From: Candidatus Buchananbacteria bacterium CG10_big_fil_rev_8_21_14_0_10_33_19
GTDB taxonomy: Bacteria > Patescibacteriota > Patescibacteriia > 2-01-FULL-39-33
Assembly: GCA_002773855.1 (NCBI GenBank)
Contig: PEZY01000012.1
Coordinates: forward strand, 233,565 to 297,564
DNA length: 64,000 nucleotides
Direction: 5' to 3'
Within the stretch, counting starts at the first letter, position 1. Every line of letters begins with the position of its first letter. This document shows, piece by piece, positions 1 through 9,858 of this stretch. The notes under the pieces were generated by a model. It saw only the letters and a program-made list of their open reading frames with translations. It did no database searches and had not been told where the DNA came from. Both the position numbers and the translations under genes were made by a program.

Positions 1-2
1 TT

Positions 3-122
3 TTTCCAATTACTATGATAATTTTTGGTTCAATTCCAGCTATCGAAGCCCAAACTAGATTAATGTTGGGTGGTAAATATAAATTGGGCTTTTGGGTGAC
101 TGAAAAGAAAACTGAAAAATAA
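3..122 (+). CDS. 3' end of a membrane protein, probably a glycosyltransferase (partial, runs off window start)
   Basis: Open frame [39 protein letters not shown] ends at TAA 120-122, 7 nt before the next GT2 gene; resembles the C-terminus of CPR membrane GT2 proteins. Confidence 0.65.
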   Translation, partial: FPITMIIFGSIPAIEAQTRLMLGGKYKLGFWVTEKKTEK

Positions 123-129
123 AATATTT

Positions 130-1173
130 ATGTCTAATTTACCAAAAGTTACAATTCAGTTGGTTACTTGGAATAGTCTGAAATATTTGCCATTCACATT
201 AGAGTCTATATTCGCTCAAACTTATAGAGACTTTCAGGTTTTAGTAATTGATAATAATTCTCATGATGGCACAATTGATTATATCAGAAAAAATTATCCC
301 GAAGTGGCAGTTTTTCAAAATAAAAAAAACTTAGGTTTCGCTAAGGCTAATAATCAAGGGATCAGGTTACTACATTCAGCTTATGTTCTTTTTTGTAATA
401 CGGATATTGTATTAGAAAAAAATTGGTTAGAATTAATGATGCAAAATATTGAATCAGATAAGTATAAAGATGTTGGTAGTTTTTGTGGTAAATTACTAAA
501 ACTAAAACCAATTGATAATGAAATTGATCAAACTAGTAAGACTAATATCATTGATTCTTGTGGGCTAGTAATAACTAGAAGTCGCAGAATTACAGAGTTG
601 GGAGCTGGTGAAGAATCAGAAAAGTTTAATACTAATAGGGAAATTTTTGGTTGCTCTGGGGCCCTAGCTATTTATAAACGCGAAACTTTAGATGATTGTC
701 TAATTAAAACCAAGTTTAATTCTAATGGTGAATATTTTGATGAGGATTTTTTTGTCTATAAAGAAGATGTTGATTTAGCTTGGCGGTCTAGATTGTTCGG
801 CTGGAAATCAATGTTGATTGTTGAGGCTGTTGCTTATCATGTTCGCTCGGCTGCTGGTTCAGAACATACGGGCTTAATGGACATTATAAAAAATAGAAAG
901 AAGCAATCTTTTTTTGCGAGATATTATTCTTATCGTAATCATTTATTATTGTTGTTAAAAAATGAAATGTCTAAAAATTTTTTAAATGATTTTTGGCAAA
1001 TTAAATGCTTTGAGATAAAAAAAGCAGTTTATGTTTTGATGTTTGAAATCAGAAGTGTGCAGGCTTGGTGGGAAATTTTAAAAATGTTACCAAGAATATT
1101 GGCCAAAAGAAAAGAAATTATTAGAAAAACTAAAATTAGTTATCAAGATATGGCTAAATTAATACAAAAGTAA
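130..1173 (+). CDS. Glycosyltransferase family 2
   Basis: VIDNNSHDGT, NLGFAKANNQG, NTD (DxD-like) and EDVDLAWR motifs. Confidence 0.92.
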   Translation: MSNLPKVTIQLVTWNSLKYLPFTLESIFAQTYRDFQVLVIDNNSHDGTIDYIRKNYPEVAVFQNKKNLGFAKANNQGIRLLHSAYVLFCNTDIVLEKNWLELMMQNIESDKYKDVGSFCGKLLKLKPIDNEIDQTSKTNIIDSCGLVITRSRRITELGAGEESEKFNTNREIFGCSGALAIYKRETLDDCLIKTKFNSNGEYFDEDFFVYKEDVDLAWRSRLFGWKSMLIVEAVAYHVRSAAGSEHTGLMDIIKNRKKQSFFARYYSYRNHLLLLLKNEMSKNFLNDFWQIKCFEIKKAVYVLMFEIRSVQAWWEILKMLPRILAKRKEIIRKTKISYQDMAKLIQK

Positions 1174-1174
1174 T

Positions 1175-1954
1175 ATGGAAATATCGATTATTATAAATAA
1201 TTATAAAACTAAGGGTCTACTTAAACAGTGTTTGGCCGGTATTTATGCTTATCCACCAAGTGTGAGTTATGAAATTATTGTCGTAGACAATAACTCGCAA
1301 GACGGTTCGGTAGAAATGGTAAAAGATAAATTCCCTCAAGTTAAATTGGTTGCATCTGGTGAAAATTTGGGTCATCATCGGGGTAACAATTTGGGTATTA
1401 AAAATTCTAGTGGTAAATATATTTTAATTTTAAATACTGATATTGCTTTTTTGGATAATTCCATTGATCGAATTTATAATTTTATGGAATCTCATTCCGA
1501 GGCGGCACTGACCGGACCAAAATTAAAAAACCCCGATGGTTCTATTCAGATGTCTTGTATGAGATTTCCTAGTAAATTAGTACCTATTTATCGTCGAACC
1601 TTTTTGGGTAATTTTTCTTTTGCTAAGAAAGAAATAGATCATTATTTAATGAAAGATTTTGATCACATGTCGACCAAAGAAGTGGATTGGATATTAGGTG
1701 CTTGTGTCATGATTAGAAAATCAGCTATTGATAAGGTCGGACCAATGGATGAAAGTTTATTTTTGTACTTTGGCGATATTGCTTGGTGTCGTAAATTTTG
1801 GGAGTTTAATTATAAAGTTTATTATTTTGTGGACGCTAATATCATTCATTATCATAAACGCGAATCCGCTCAGAGTGGTATTTTTTCGTTGGTATTTTGG
1901 ATTCATATTATTGATTGGTTAAGGTATTTAAAAAAATATTCAGTAAAAAACTAA
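1175..1954 (+). CDS. Glycosyltransferase family 2 (WbbL/rhamnosyltransferase-like)
   Basis: VVDNNSQDGS, LNTD and EVDWILGACVMIR motifs. Confidence 0.9.
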   Translation: MEISIIINNYKTKGLLKQCLAGIYAYPPSVSYEIIVVDNNSQDGSVEMVKDKFPQVKLVASGENLGHHRGNNLGIKNSSGKYILILNTDIAFLDNSIDRIYNFMESHSEAALTGPKLKNPDGSIQMSCMRFPSKLVPIYRRTFLGNFSFAKKEIDHYLMKDFDHMSTKEVDWILGACVMIRKSAIDKVGPMDESLFLYFGDIAWCRKFWEFNYKVYYFVDANIIHYHKRESAQSGIFSLVFWIHIIDWLRYLKKYSVKN

Positions 1955-3897
1955 TGATTGAAAGTTATAATATTATTAACCAGCAGGCTAAATCAATGAA
2001 CAGCCTAAGATTTAAGGTGATAGCAACTATCATCACTGTTTTTTTGATTGGTCTAGTGATTGTTTTTACGCCATTTGTATTTCATGGTATTAGAGCGGCT
2101 AGTTATGTGACAGCGTCCATTTCTGAGGCTAAAATTTTATTAGCCAATGTCGACAATAAAGATTGGCAACAAGCCGTAGAATCATCAGAATCAATTGAGG
2201 CTAATTTGTCAAAACTAAATACTGAGATTTCTGGCTTAGGCTTAATTAGCAAGCTACCAAAATTAAAAAATGATTTTAAGGTTGGCCAGCAGTTTATTGT
2301 AGTGGCTCAGTCGTTGGTTGGTGGTTATGCTGAAACATTTAAAATTTTTGCCACTATCGAACAAGCAGGTTTAACTGTTGATCCTAATATTTTATTAGAA
2401 AATAAAGAGGTGATTAATTTGATTAGTCAAAATAAAACTCAATTAGCTTTAGCCAAAAAACAATTAGAAATAGCTAATGCTAGTTTTTCGGAAATTGATA
2501 CTAATGATTTTTCAGGATTTTTTGCTAGTTATCTGATTCAGGCTCATGATGTGCTAGGTCAGGTGCTTGCCAGCACGAATATTGGCTTGCCAGTTATGGG
2601 TTTGTTACCAGACTTGTTGGGTTATAATGGCGAAAAGCATTATCTACTTATTCTTGAAAACAATATGGAACTGCGGCCAACTGGTGGCTTCATCGGATCA
2701 TACGGTATTATTACTGTCGAGTCTGGTAAGATAAAAAATCTAATTACCGATGATGTTTATAATTTGGATAAATTATCCGAGGGTAAATTATTAGAGTTAG
2801 CACCAGAGCCAATGCTAACATATAACAGACAAAAATATTGGTATATGCGTGATGCTAATTGGTATGCTGGCTGGCCAGATTCAGCTAATAAGATAGTAGA
2901 ATTTTTTCATATTGAAAGACAGAATGCTAATTTGCCTGATCAGCGAATTGATGGGGTGATTGCGATTACACCAGACTTTATTGCCAATCTTTTAGCTGTT
3001 TTAGGGCCTATTAATAGTCATGGTATTGTGTTTTCGGAGAATAATTTTGCGATGGATTTGGAAGAATTTGTGGAAGGTGGTTTTGAAGCTAAAAATATTC
3101 CTTATGATGAGCGCAAATCAATAATTGGTGACTTGTCTAAAATTTTAATTTCTAGAATAGAAAATACCACAGCGGAAAATTTTTCTAAATTATGGCTCGC
3201 TTTCAAAAAGAATATTGATGAAAAAAATATTTTAGTTTATATTTTTGATAATAAATTACAACAGTATTTTTCTGATCAGAATTGGGCCGGAGAAATTAGA
3301 CAAACTAATGGTGATTATTTGATGTTGATTGATAGTAATTTTGCTTCGCTCAAGACTGATGCGGTAATGGAACGATCTATTAAAAGAAGTTTAAGTTTAA
3401 ACGAGGCTGGTGATTTAATGGCGCATTTAGAAATTACTTACAAGCACAATGGTCAGTTTGTTAAGGATTTAATTACCAGATATCGAACTTATGCCAAGGT
3501 TTATGTACCAGCTGGTTCGTGGTTTGAAAGTGGATCAATTAAAGATGAAACTGGTGAGACGGTGCTTAATATGTCTAGTGATTTAACTTATGGCAATGAG
3601 TACAATAAAGCTTATGCCACTTACTTTGTAATTATTGAGCCAGGTAAATCAAAAACTGTAATTTTAAATTATAAATTGCCCAAAAATATTTTGGATCAAT
3701 ATAATCAAGGCACGTATAATTTGTTGGTTCAAAAGCAACCGGGCACCATTGGACATAAACTGGGAATTGATTTAAACTTGAGTAAAGAAATTTCGGCCTA
3801 TAAAGCGGCTATCTTACCCAATTATTATGGTAAAACGTCAATAGGCTGGGAGAGTGATTTGACTGTCGACAGGGAGTATAAAATTAAATTTAATTAG
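1954..3897 (+). CDS. DUF4012-type membrane-anchored protein
   Basis: N-terminal TM, then YLLILENNMELRPTGGFIGSYG, RDANW and IDGVIAITP motifs; start moved to ATG 1954, which overlaps the upstream stop (TAATG). Confidence 0.8.
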   Translation: MIESYNIINQQAKSMNSLRFKVIATIITVFLIGLVIVFTPFVFHGIRAASYVTASISEAKILLANVDNKDWQQAVESSESIEANLSKLNTEISGLGLISKLPKLKNDFKVGQQFIVVAQSLVGGYAETFKIFATIEQAGLTVDPNILLENKEVINLISQNKTQLALAKKQLEIANASFSEIDTNDFSGFFASYLIQAHDVLGQVLASTNIGLPVMGLLPDLLGYNGEKHYLLILENNMELRPTGGFIGSYGIITVESGKIKNLITDDVYNLDKLSEGKLLELAPEPMLTYNRQKYWYMRDANWYAGWPDSANKIVEFFHIERQNANLPDQRIDGVIAITPDFIANLLAVLGPINSHGIVFSENNFAMDLEEFVEGGFEAKNIPYDERKSIIGDLSKILISRIENTTAENFSKLWLAFKKNIDEKNILVYIFDNKLQQYFSDQNWAGEIRQTNGDYLMLIDSNFASLKTDAVMERSIKRSLSLNEAGDLMAHLEITYKHNGQFVKDLITRYRTYAKVYVPAGSWFESGSIKDETGETVLNMSSDLTYGNEYNKAYATYFVIIEPGKSKTVILNYKLPKNILDQYNQGTYNLLVQKQPGTIGHKLGIDLNLSKEISAYKAAILPNYYGKTSIGWESDLTVDREYKIKFN

Positions 3898-3902
3898 TTT
3901 AA

Positions 3903-4910
3903 ATGTTTTTAAAAAGAATTGGAATCGATTTAGGCACGACCAATATTTTGGTGCATGTGCCCAAAAAAGGAGTAGTGATTAATGAGCCATCGGTAGTGGC
4001 TATTTCTAATGTGGATAAAAAAATTATTGCCGTTGGTGCTGAAGCCAAGGAAATGTTGGGACGGACTCCGGACACAATTATTGCTCAGCGACCACTGAAA
4101 GATGGCGTGATTGCTGACTACAAAACAACTGAAGCGATGCTTAGATATTTTATTAACAAAGCCTTGGGTGGTGTGCGAATATTTCGGCCCGAGGTGATGG
4201 TAGCGGTGCCAGCGGGTATTACTTCTACTGAAAGAAGAGCAGTCATTGATGCGACTATTGCCGCTGGTGCTAAAGCCGCTTATATTATTAAAGAACCAAT
4301 TGTGGCGGCTATTGGGGCTAATATTCCCATTGGTAGCGCTTCCGGACATATGATTATTGATATTGGTGGTGGGACTTCGGAAATTGCGGTGATATCACTT
4401 GGTGGCATTGTGTCTTCAACTTCTGTGAGAATTGGTGGTAATAAATTGGATGTAGCTATTACTGAAGGGATTAGAAAAAAATATGGTTTAGCGATTGGTG
4501 AGCGAACCGCCGAACAAGTGAAAATTAATATTGGTTCAGCCCTGTATTTAGAAGAAAAGCTTTATATGGATGTGCGGGGCCGTGATATGATTACTGGATT
4601 GCCAAAAACTATTGCGGTGTCATCTGATGATGTGACGGATTCCATTCAAGCGGAATTAGAAGGTATTAGTAGTGCGGTGAAAAATGTCTTGTATAAAACG
4701 CCACCAGAGCTATCAGCTGATGTCATCGATAAGGGGATTGTCATGTCTGGTGGGACTAGCTTGCTACGAAATATTGATAAAATGGTGTCTTTAAGTACGG
4801 GGGTATCGGCCTATGTAGCCGATGATGCCTTGTATTGTGTAGCTAAAGGTACAGGGATTGCGTTGGATAATTTGGAGAGTTATAAGAGGAGTATTTTGGC
4901 GACGAAGTAA
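3903..4910 (+). CDS. mreB: Rod shape-determining actin homolog MreB/Mbl (stand-alone copy)
   Basis: [31 protein letters not shown] and TPPELSAD motifs. Confidence 0.95.
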   Translation: MFLKRIGIDLGTTNILVHVPKKGVVINEPSVVAISNVDKKIIAVGAEAKEMLGRTPDTIIAQRPLKDGVIADYKTTEAMLRYFINKALGGVRIFRPEVMVAVPAGITSTERRAVIDATIAAGAKAAYIIKEPIVAAIGANIPIGSASGHMIIDIGGGTSEIAVISLGGIVSSTSVRIGGNKLDVAITEGIRKKYGLAIGERTAEQVKINIGSALYLEEKLYMDVRGRDMITGLPKTIAVSSDDVTDSIQAELEGISSAVKNVLYKTPPELSADVIDKGIVMSGGTSLLRNIDKMVSLSTGVSAYVADDALYCVAKGTGIALDNLESYKRSILATK

Positions 4911-4940
4911 GTAATTAAAGTCTTGTTGCTTTTATAAATC

Positions 4941-4965
4941 GTCATTGCGAGGTACGAAGCAATCC
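4941..4965 (+). repeat. REP-like short palindrome GTCATTGCGAGGTACGAAGCAATCC
   Basis: ATTGC...GCAAT stem; resembles the widespread GTCATTGCGAG...GAAGCAATC extragenic repeat type (recognised from memory). Confidence 0.55.
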
Positions 4966-4989
4966 CATGTTTATTTTACTAAATCACAT

Positions 4990-5200
4990 TGGTACTTTTT
5001 TAGAAAAAGTACCACAAAAATCGCGACAGTAAAAAATTTATAATCGAAGCTAAAACTTCGTCCTGCTAATTTTCAAAACTCGAAACTTTTCAATTTGTAA
5101 TTGTCGAAAGTTTCTCAAACATTGAAAATTTTGGGCGTAGACAACGCCCAATCGCTAGGGCTCTCGTTTTATCTTCTCCTTAAATTTTTAAATTGTCGCA
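4990..5200 (+). repeat. GTAC-hairpin plus long irregular stem element, copy A
   Basis: TGGTACTTTTT-TAG-AAAAAGTACCA hairpin (4990-5014), then nested stems GCGACA 5023/TGTCGC 5194, AAAAATTTA/TAAATTTTT and AATTTTCAA/TTGAAAATT; homologous to the reverse complement of 5710-5880. Confidence 0.7.
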
Positions 5201-5245
5201 TTTATTTTAAGTAGAATAATATAAATTATTAATTTTTAAATATTA

Positions 5246-5698
5246 ATGCAATTATTTGAGAGAAAATTTAAATGGTTTACTTATGCAGTAATTGGTTTGA
5301 TATATGATATTATCGGTACAATTTTTATTGCATTATTTTATCATCCTACAATAGTATATAGAGGAATGACAGTTGGTAATCTAAATGCCGTATTAGACAA
5401 TCCAGACCGTAGATGGTTGTATTATGGATTGATAACTATAATTTTAGGCTTTGTGTGTTTATTAGTTGATCAATTTATTGATATATATAAAATTAGAAAT
5501 AATATATCTAAATTTTTTTTGATAATTCTATCTTTACCATTGGTATTACTATTGGTACTAGTGTTTTTTGTAATGATACTGGTGTTGTTGTTTTTAATTT
5601 TTAGTGCTCTAATTGCCCATTCTATTTTTTTTATTTGTGTTATAGCAATTTTTAGTATTATATGTTTAGTATACTATTATCATAATCAGGTGTATTAA
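5246..5698 (+). CDS. Hypothetical multi-TM membrane protein, very AT-rich
   Basis: 150-aa ORF with about 4 hydrophobic segments, lying between two inverted repeat elements. Confidence 0.6.
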   Translation: MQLFERKFKWFTYAVIGLIYDIIGTIFIALFYHPTIVYRGMTVGNLNAVLDNPDRRWLYYGLITIILGFVCLLVDQFIDIYKIRNNISKFFLIILSLPLVLLLVLVFFVMILVLLFLIFSALIAHSIFFICVIAIFSIICLVYYYHNQVY

Positions 5699-5709
5699 TA
5701 ATTTTATTA

Positions 5710-5880
5710 TAAAAAATGCAAACATTAAAAAATATTGTGCCAATTTTATATAAAGCGAGCGTTAAGAAGCCAATATTTTGTCGCTGTTTTGATTATTGGC
5801 TTTAGCGAGCTGATATAAAATTTGGCCATGATTTTTTACGTTTGCGAGCTTTGCGGTACTTTGGCGGCCCAAAGTACCAT
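5710..5880 (-). repeat. GTAC-hairpin plus long irregular stem element, copy B (inverted relative to A)
   Basis: Stems GCAAAC/GTTTGC, GCCAATTTTATA/TATAAAATTTGGC and AAGCCAATA/TATTGGCTT, then a GGTACTTTGG...CCAAAGTACC hairpin; near-identical pieces recur at 42318-42419. Confidence 0.75.
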
Positions 5881-5961
5881 AAAAAGAAATAATATTAAAA
5901 ATCCCTAAAATAAGCTAAATCAAACACTTCACACCTAGTCTGAAGTGTTCGCTAAAATCAT

Positions 5962-7071
5962 ATGAAAATCGGTATCGATGCTTCCCGCGCCAATAAACAG
6001 AACAAAACCGGAGTAGAATGGTATTCCTACCATTTAATTCAAGAATTAAAGAAAATCACTCCAGCTGATATTCAGGTTTTGTTGTATACCAATGAAAAAT
6101 TACAGGGTGGTTTAGAAAACTGTCCATCAAATTTTAAAGAAAGAGTTTTAAATTGGCCGCCAAAATATTTATGGACGCAAATTAGATTAGCTCTAGAATT
6201 ATTTTTAAATCCGCCAGATGCTTTGTTTGTCCCGGCTCATACGATTCCATTTTGGCCAATAACTCGTAAAACCAAAGTTTATGTGACAGTACATGATGTG
6301 GGCTTTAAGCGTTATCCAAACTTGTATAAAAAAATTCAATATTACTATCATGATTTAACTATGAAGGTGATTAAGCGACGAGCGGATAAGATAATTACTA
6401 TTTCGGATTTTTCTAAACAAGAAATTATGGATTTATATGGCGTGAAAGCCGAGAAGATCGTAGTGATTTCACTAGGCTATGATCGAGAAAAATATAATCA
6501 AGACGTGGTAGTAAGTCATGATATTTTAACTAAGTATAAAATTACTCAGCCCTATGTGTTGTATGTTGGTCGCCTAGAAAAAAAGAAAAATATCGGCAAT
6601 CTAGTCAAAGCTTTCGCTTATGCCAAAGCGTCTAATCATGACTTAAAATTAGTCTTAGCTGGCAATGCTGGCAATGAATACGAAGTGATAAAAAATATTA
6701 TCGCCGAGCATAAATTAGAAAACGAAATTATATTACCTGGTTATATTGCTGAAGTTGATTTGCCGGCAGTTATCAAAATGGCTGAAGTTTTTATGTTCCC
6801 AACTTTATATGAAGGTTTTGGTCTGCCAATTTTACAAGCGATGGCCGTGGGGACGCCAGTTATTACTTCTGATATCGAGCCACACCGGTCTATCTCAGGT
6901 GGCTGTGCTGTTTTGGTCAATCCAAAGAATTCAAAATATATGGCTCAACAAATTAATAAAATTATTAAAGATTGGGAATTTGCCAGTGATTTGAAATCCG
7001 CTGGCTTAGATCGAGTGCAATCATTTTCTTGGTCTAAAACCGCTCAGGACACTTTGGCAGTGATAAAATAA
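5962..7071 (+). CDS. Glycosyltransferase family 4 (GT-B)
   Basis: MKIGIDAS, TVHDV, VGRLEKKKN and YEGFGLPILQAMAVGTPVI motifs. Confidence 0.93.
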   Translation: MKIGIDASRANKQNKTGVEWYSYHLIQELKKITPADIQVLLYTNEKLQGGLENCPSNFKERVLNWPPKYLWTQIRLALELFLNPPDALFVPAHTIPFWPITRKTKVYVTVHDVGFKRYPNLYKKIQYYYHDLTMKVIKRRADKIITISDFSKQEIMDLYGVKAEKIVVISLGYDREKYNQDVVVSHDILTKYKITQPYVLYVGRLEKKKNIGNLVKAFAYAKASNHDLKLVLAGNAGNEYEVIKNIIAEHKLENEIILPGYIAEVDLPAVIKMAEVFMFPTLYEGFGLPILQAMAVGTPVITSDIEPHRSISGGCAVLVNPKNSKYMAQQINKIIKDWEFASDLKSAGLDRVQSFSWSKTAQDTLAVIK

Positions 7072-7162
7072 GCAAAACCAATCAAAGACTAATAGAGTAA
7101 TTTTTAGTCTTTTTATTTTTGATAAATTAAAGTTATAAATAGTTGTCACAAATGGCCTATTT

Positions 7163-8209
7163 ATGTTAAAATTTAAAGTAATGAAAGAGTCAGATACCAA
7201 GCAATTTAATTGGGATGTGTGTGGACATGAGGAAATTGTCCATTTTTTGCAGTCGGCTATTTCTGGTAATAAATTAGCCAATGCTTATCTATTTTCTGGG
7301 CCTAGTCAGTTAGGCAAGCAGGCCGTAGCTTATAAATTAATTGCCTCGCTTTTTTGTCAAAATCAGGAAAAGGCCAAGCCTTGCGGAGTATGTCCGGCTT
7401 GTTTGCAAATTAAAAATAAAATTCATCCTGATTTTTTTATTACCGGTCAGGAAATGAACGAAAAAACGGAAAAGCTAAGCAAGGGTATATTAATTGAACA
7501 GATTAGAAATTTAAAACACAAATTACAACAAGCTACTTTGTTAAATGGTTATAAGGTTGCCCTAATCACCGATGCTCATTTGATGAACTTGAATACGGCT
7601 AATGCTTTGTTGAAAATTTTAGAAGAGCCTACCAAAAATACGGTGATTATATTATTGGTCGATGATGTTTCGGCCTTGCCTCAAACCATTGCCTCACGGT
7701 GTCAGACTTTGCGGTTTTTGCCAGTACCAACTGCTACCATTAAAACCTACTTGGAAGATCAAGGGTCTTTTGAATCTGGATTGGTGGCTAGGCAGGCTCA
7801 TGGTTATCCTGGTATAGCGATTGATTTGGTAAATAACCAAGATTTAATTAAAACCCAAGCAGACAAAGTAGAAACTTTTTTAAAAATTATTGATGCTGAT
7901 TTAAATCAAAGATTAGAACTGGTTGAAAAAGCCGTGAATTGGGAAAAGGATGAATCTATTAATGTGACTTTGCTTAATGATTTGTTTCATAGTTGGCAGT
8001 TAGTTTTGCGAGACGCTCTATTAATTAAAACTGATAATGAATCATTGATAACTAATACTACTCAGTTGGAGGCAATTAAAAGTAACTTTGCGTCTATGAG
8101 TTTTATAAAAATTAAATCAATATTAAATAAAATGGATCAAGTAAGTGGGTATACTTGGTATAATATTAATTCTAAATCAGCCTTAGAAAATCTAATTATA
8201 AATTTATGA
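7163..8209 (+). CDS. holB: DNA polymerase III subunit delta'
   Basis: AYLFSGPSQLGK, Zn motif C...CGVCPAC, HPDF, NALLKILEEP and TIASRC; start may be ATG 7181. Confidence 0.9.
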   Translation: MLKFKVMKESDTKQFNWDVCGHEEIVHFLQSAISGNKLANAYLFSGPSQLGKQAVAYKLIASLFCQNQEKAKPCGVCPACLQIKNKIHPDFFITGQEMNEKTEKLSKGILIEQIRNLKHKLQQATLLNGYKVALITDAHLMNLNTANALLKILEEPTKNTVIILLVDDVSALPQTIASRCQTLRFLPVPTATIKTYLEDQGSFESGLVARQAHGYPGIAIDLVNNQDLIKTQADKVETFLKIIDADLNQRLELVEKAVNWEKDESINVTLLNDLFHSWQLVLRDALLIKTDNESLITNTTQLEAIKSNFASMSFIKIKSILNKMDQVSGYTWYNINSKSALENLIINL

Positions 8210-9276
8210 AAACAAATCGCATATTAATTTTTTCTTGTTTAATCGTCATAGCTTTGCTAGTGAGTGGCTGTACGATTAGTATTGGGGGTAATTCTAAAAA
8301 AGTGGTTGATGGTGGGGTTTATAAGTCCATTGACGGCAGTGCTACTTGGAATCAGGTAGCGGTAGTACCAACAGCTAATGGAAAAGTGGCCAGTATTTCC
8401 AATGTCGATATTCGTCGAATGATTTTTGATCCATCAGATTATAACACCATTTATTTATCTACCGAAACAGATGGCGTAGTTTACACTAATAATGGTGGTG
8501 ATAACTGGAACCAATTTAAGCAATTTGTTGGTCAAAAAATCAGATCAATTGGTGTCGATGCCAAGGATAAATGCAATTTGTATGTTTTGTCCGCTAATAA
8601 ACTTTATAAATCTACAGATTGTGGCCGATTTTGGACTGATGTTTATGTTCATCAAAATGCTGATGTAATTTTAACCGATGTTTTGGTGGATTATTTCAAT
8701 AGCTCAATTATTTATATGACCACTAGTGTCGGTGAAGTGTTAAAGAGTACTGATAGTGGCATGGCTTGGGCCACAGTTAACCGCGTAGACCGAGGCGTAT
8801 TTTTGGACTTAGCTATTGATCCCAAGAATAGTCGCATAGTCTATGCCGCGACCGAAAAGCATGGAGTTTATAAGACTATAGATGGCGGCGCAACTTGGGA
8901 GAGCTTGGGCATTGGTTTAAAAGCTTATGCTGGTAGTCAAGAGTATAGGAGCTTAATTATTGATCAGTCGGCTAAAAATAGTTTGATTTTAATCTCAAAA
9001 TTTGGCATGCTAAGGACTCAGGATGGTGGCACTACTTGGGAGGTCATAGAACTATTGCCAGCTTCTAAGAAAACAACTATTTATTCAGCGGCTATAAATC
9101 CTCGTGATAGCCAAGAAATTTATTATGCCACTAGAACAACATTAGTTAAATCTACTGATGGTGGAAAAACTTGGTCGTCACAGGATTTACCTACCACTAG
9201 ATCGGCTAATAAAATTATTATCAATCCAACTAATCCAGATATAGTTTATTTGGGAGCCATGAATGCTAGTAATTAG
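8206..9276 (+). CDS. Lipoprotein with BNR/Asp-box (Ycf48/sortilin-like) beta-propeller
   Basis: Lipobox LVSGC; repeated S/TxDGGxTW Asp-boxes. Confidence 0.85.
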   Translation: MKTNRILIFSCLIVIALLVSGCTISIGGNSKKVVDGGVYKSIDGSATWNQVAVVPTANGKVASISNVDIRRMIFDPSDYNTIYLSTETDGVVYTNNGGDNWNQFKQFVGQKIRSIGVDAKDKCNLYVLSANKLYKSTDCGRFWTDVYVHQNADVILTDVLVDYFNSSIIYMTTSVGEVLKSTDSGMAWATVNRVDRGVFLDLAIDPKNSRIVYAATEKHGVYKTIDGGATWESLGIGLKAYAGSQEYRSLIIDQSAKNSLILISKFGMLRTQDGGTTWEVIELLPASKKTTIYSAAINPRDSQEIYYATRTTLVKSTDGGKTWSSQDLPTTRSANKIIINPTNPDIVYLGAMNASN

Positions 9277-9301
9277 TAATATTAAATAAAATAAGAAATA
9301 T

Positions 9302-9853
9302 ATGAGTATAATTGATAATCATAAAATTGATTTTGGTAAAGTAATTGATCACTTTGTTAGTGATATCGCTACTTTAAAAACTGGCCGAGCTAATCCGGCA
9401 GTTTTGGATTTACTGAAAGTAGAAGTCTATGGTATTTATACGCCAATTAATCAAGTGGCTTCTATTTCGGTGCCAGAGGCTCGATCAATTATTATTCAAC
9501 CTTGGGATAAAAATGTTATTAATGATATCGACAAGGCTATTAGAGAATCTGATTTGGGACTTAGTTCGGTAAATGAGGGTGATAAGATTAGAATTGTAAT
9601 TCCTCAAATGACTGAAGAATCCAGAAAAGAAATTGTTAAAACTTTAAATAAAAAAATAGAAGAGGCCAGAATTGCTGTGCGTGGTGTACGCGATGAAATT
9701 AAAGATGAAGTTATCGAAGCCGAAAAAAATAAAGAATTCGGTGAGGATGAAAAATATAGTTTAATTGAACAGTTAGACAAAGTGACTAGTGAGTTCAATG
9801 ATAAAATCAAAGAGCTAGGCGAGAAAAAAGAAAAAGAAATAATGACCGTTTAA
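9302..9853 (+). CDS. frr: Ribosome recycling factor
   Basis: TGRANP, IQPWD, PQMTEESRKEIVK and KEKEIMTV motifs. Confidence 0.97.
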   Translation: MSIIDNHKIDFGKVIDHFVSDIATLKTGRANPAVLDLLKVEVYGIYTPINQVASISVPEARSIIIQPWDKNVINDIDKAIRESDLGLSSVNEGDKIRIVIPQMTEESRKEIVKTLNKKIEEARIAVRGVRDEIKDEVIEAEKNKEFGEDEKYSLIEQLDKVTSEFNDKIKELGEKKEKEIMTV

Positions 9854-9858
9854 TATAT

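Noticed and set aside
4991-5002. GGTACTTT in the GTAC hairpins as further boxA-like motifs
   Set aside because: It matches the core but is locked in a stem and is not placed between a promoter and an SD; not counted.
4990-5880. Integron attC interpretation of the long hairpins
   Set aside because: No RYYYAAC/GTTRRRY core pairs at the ends, the two elements are inverted rather than direct, and there is no intI in the window.
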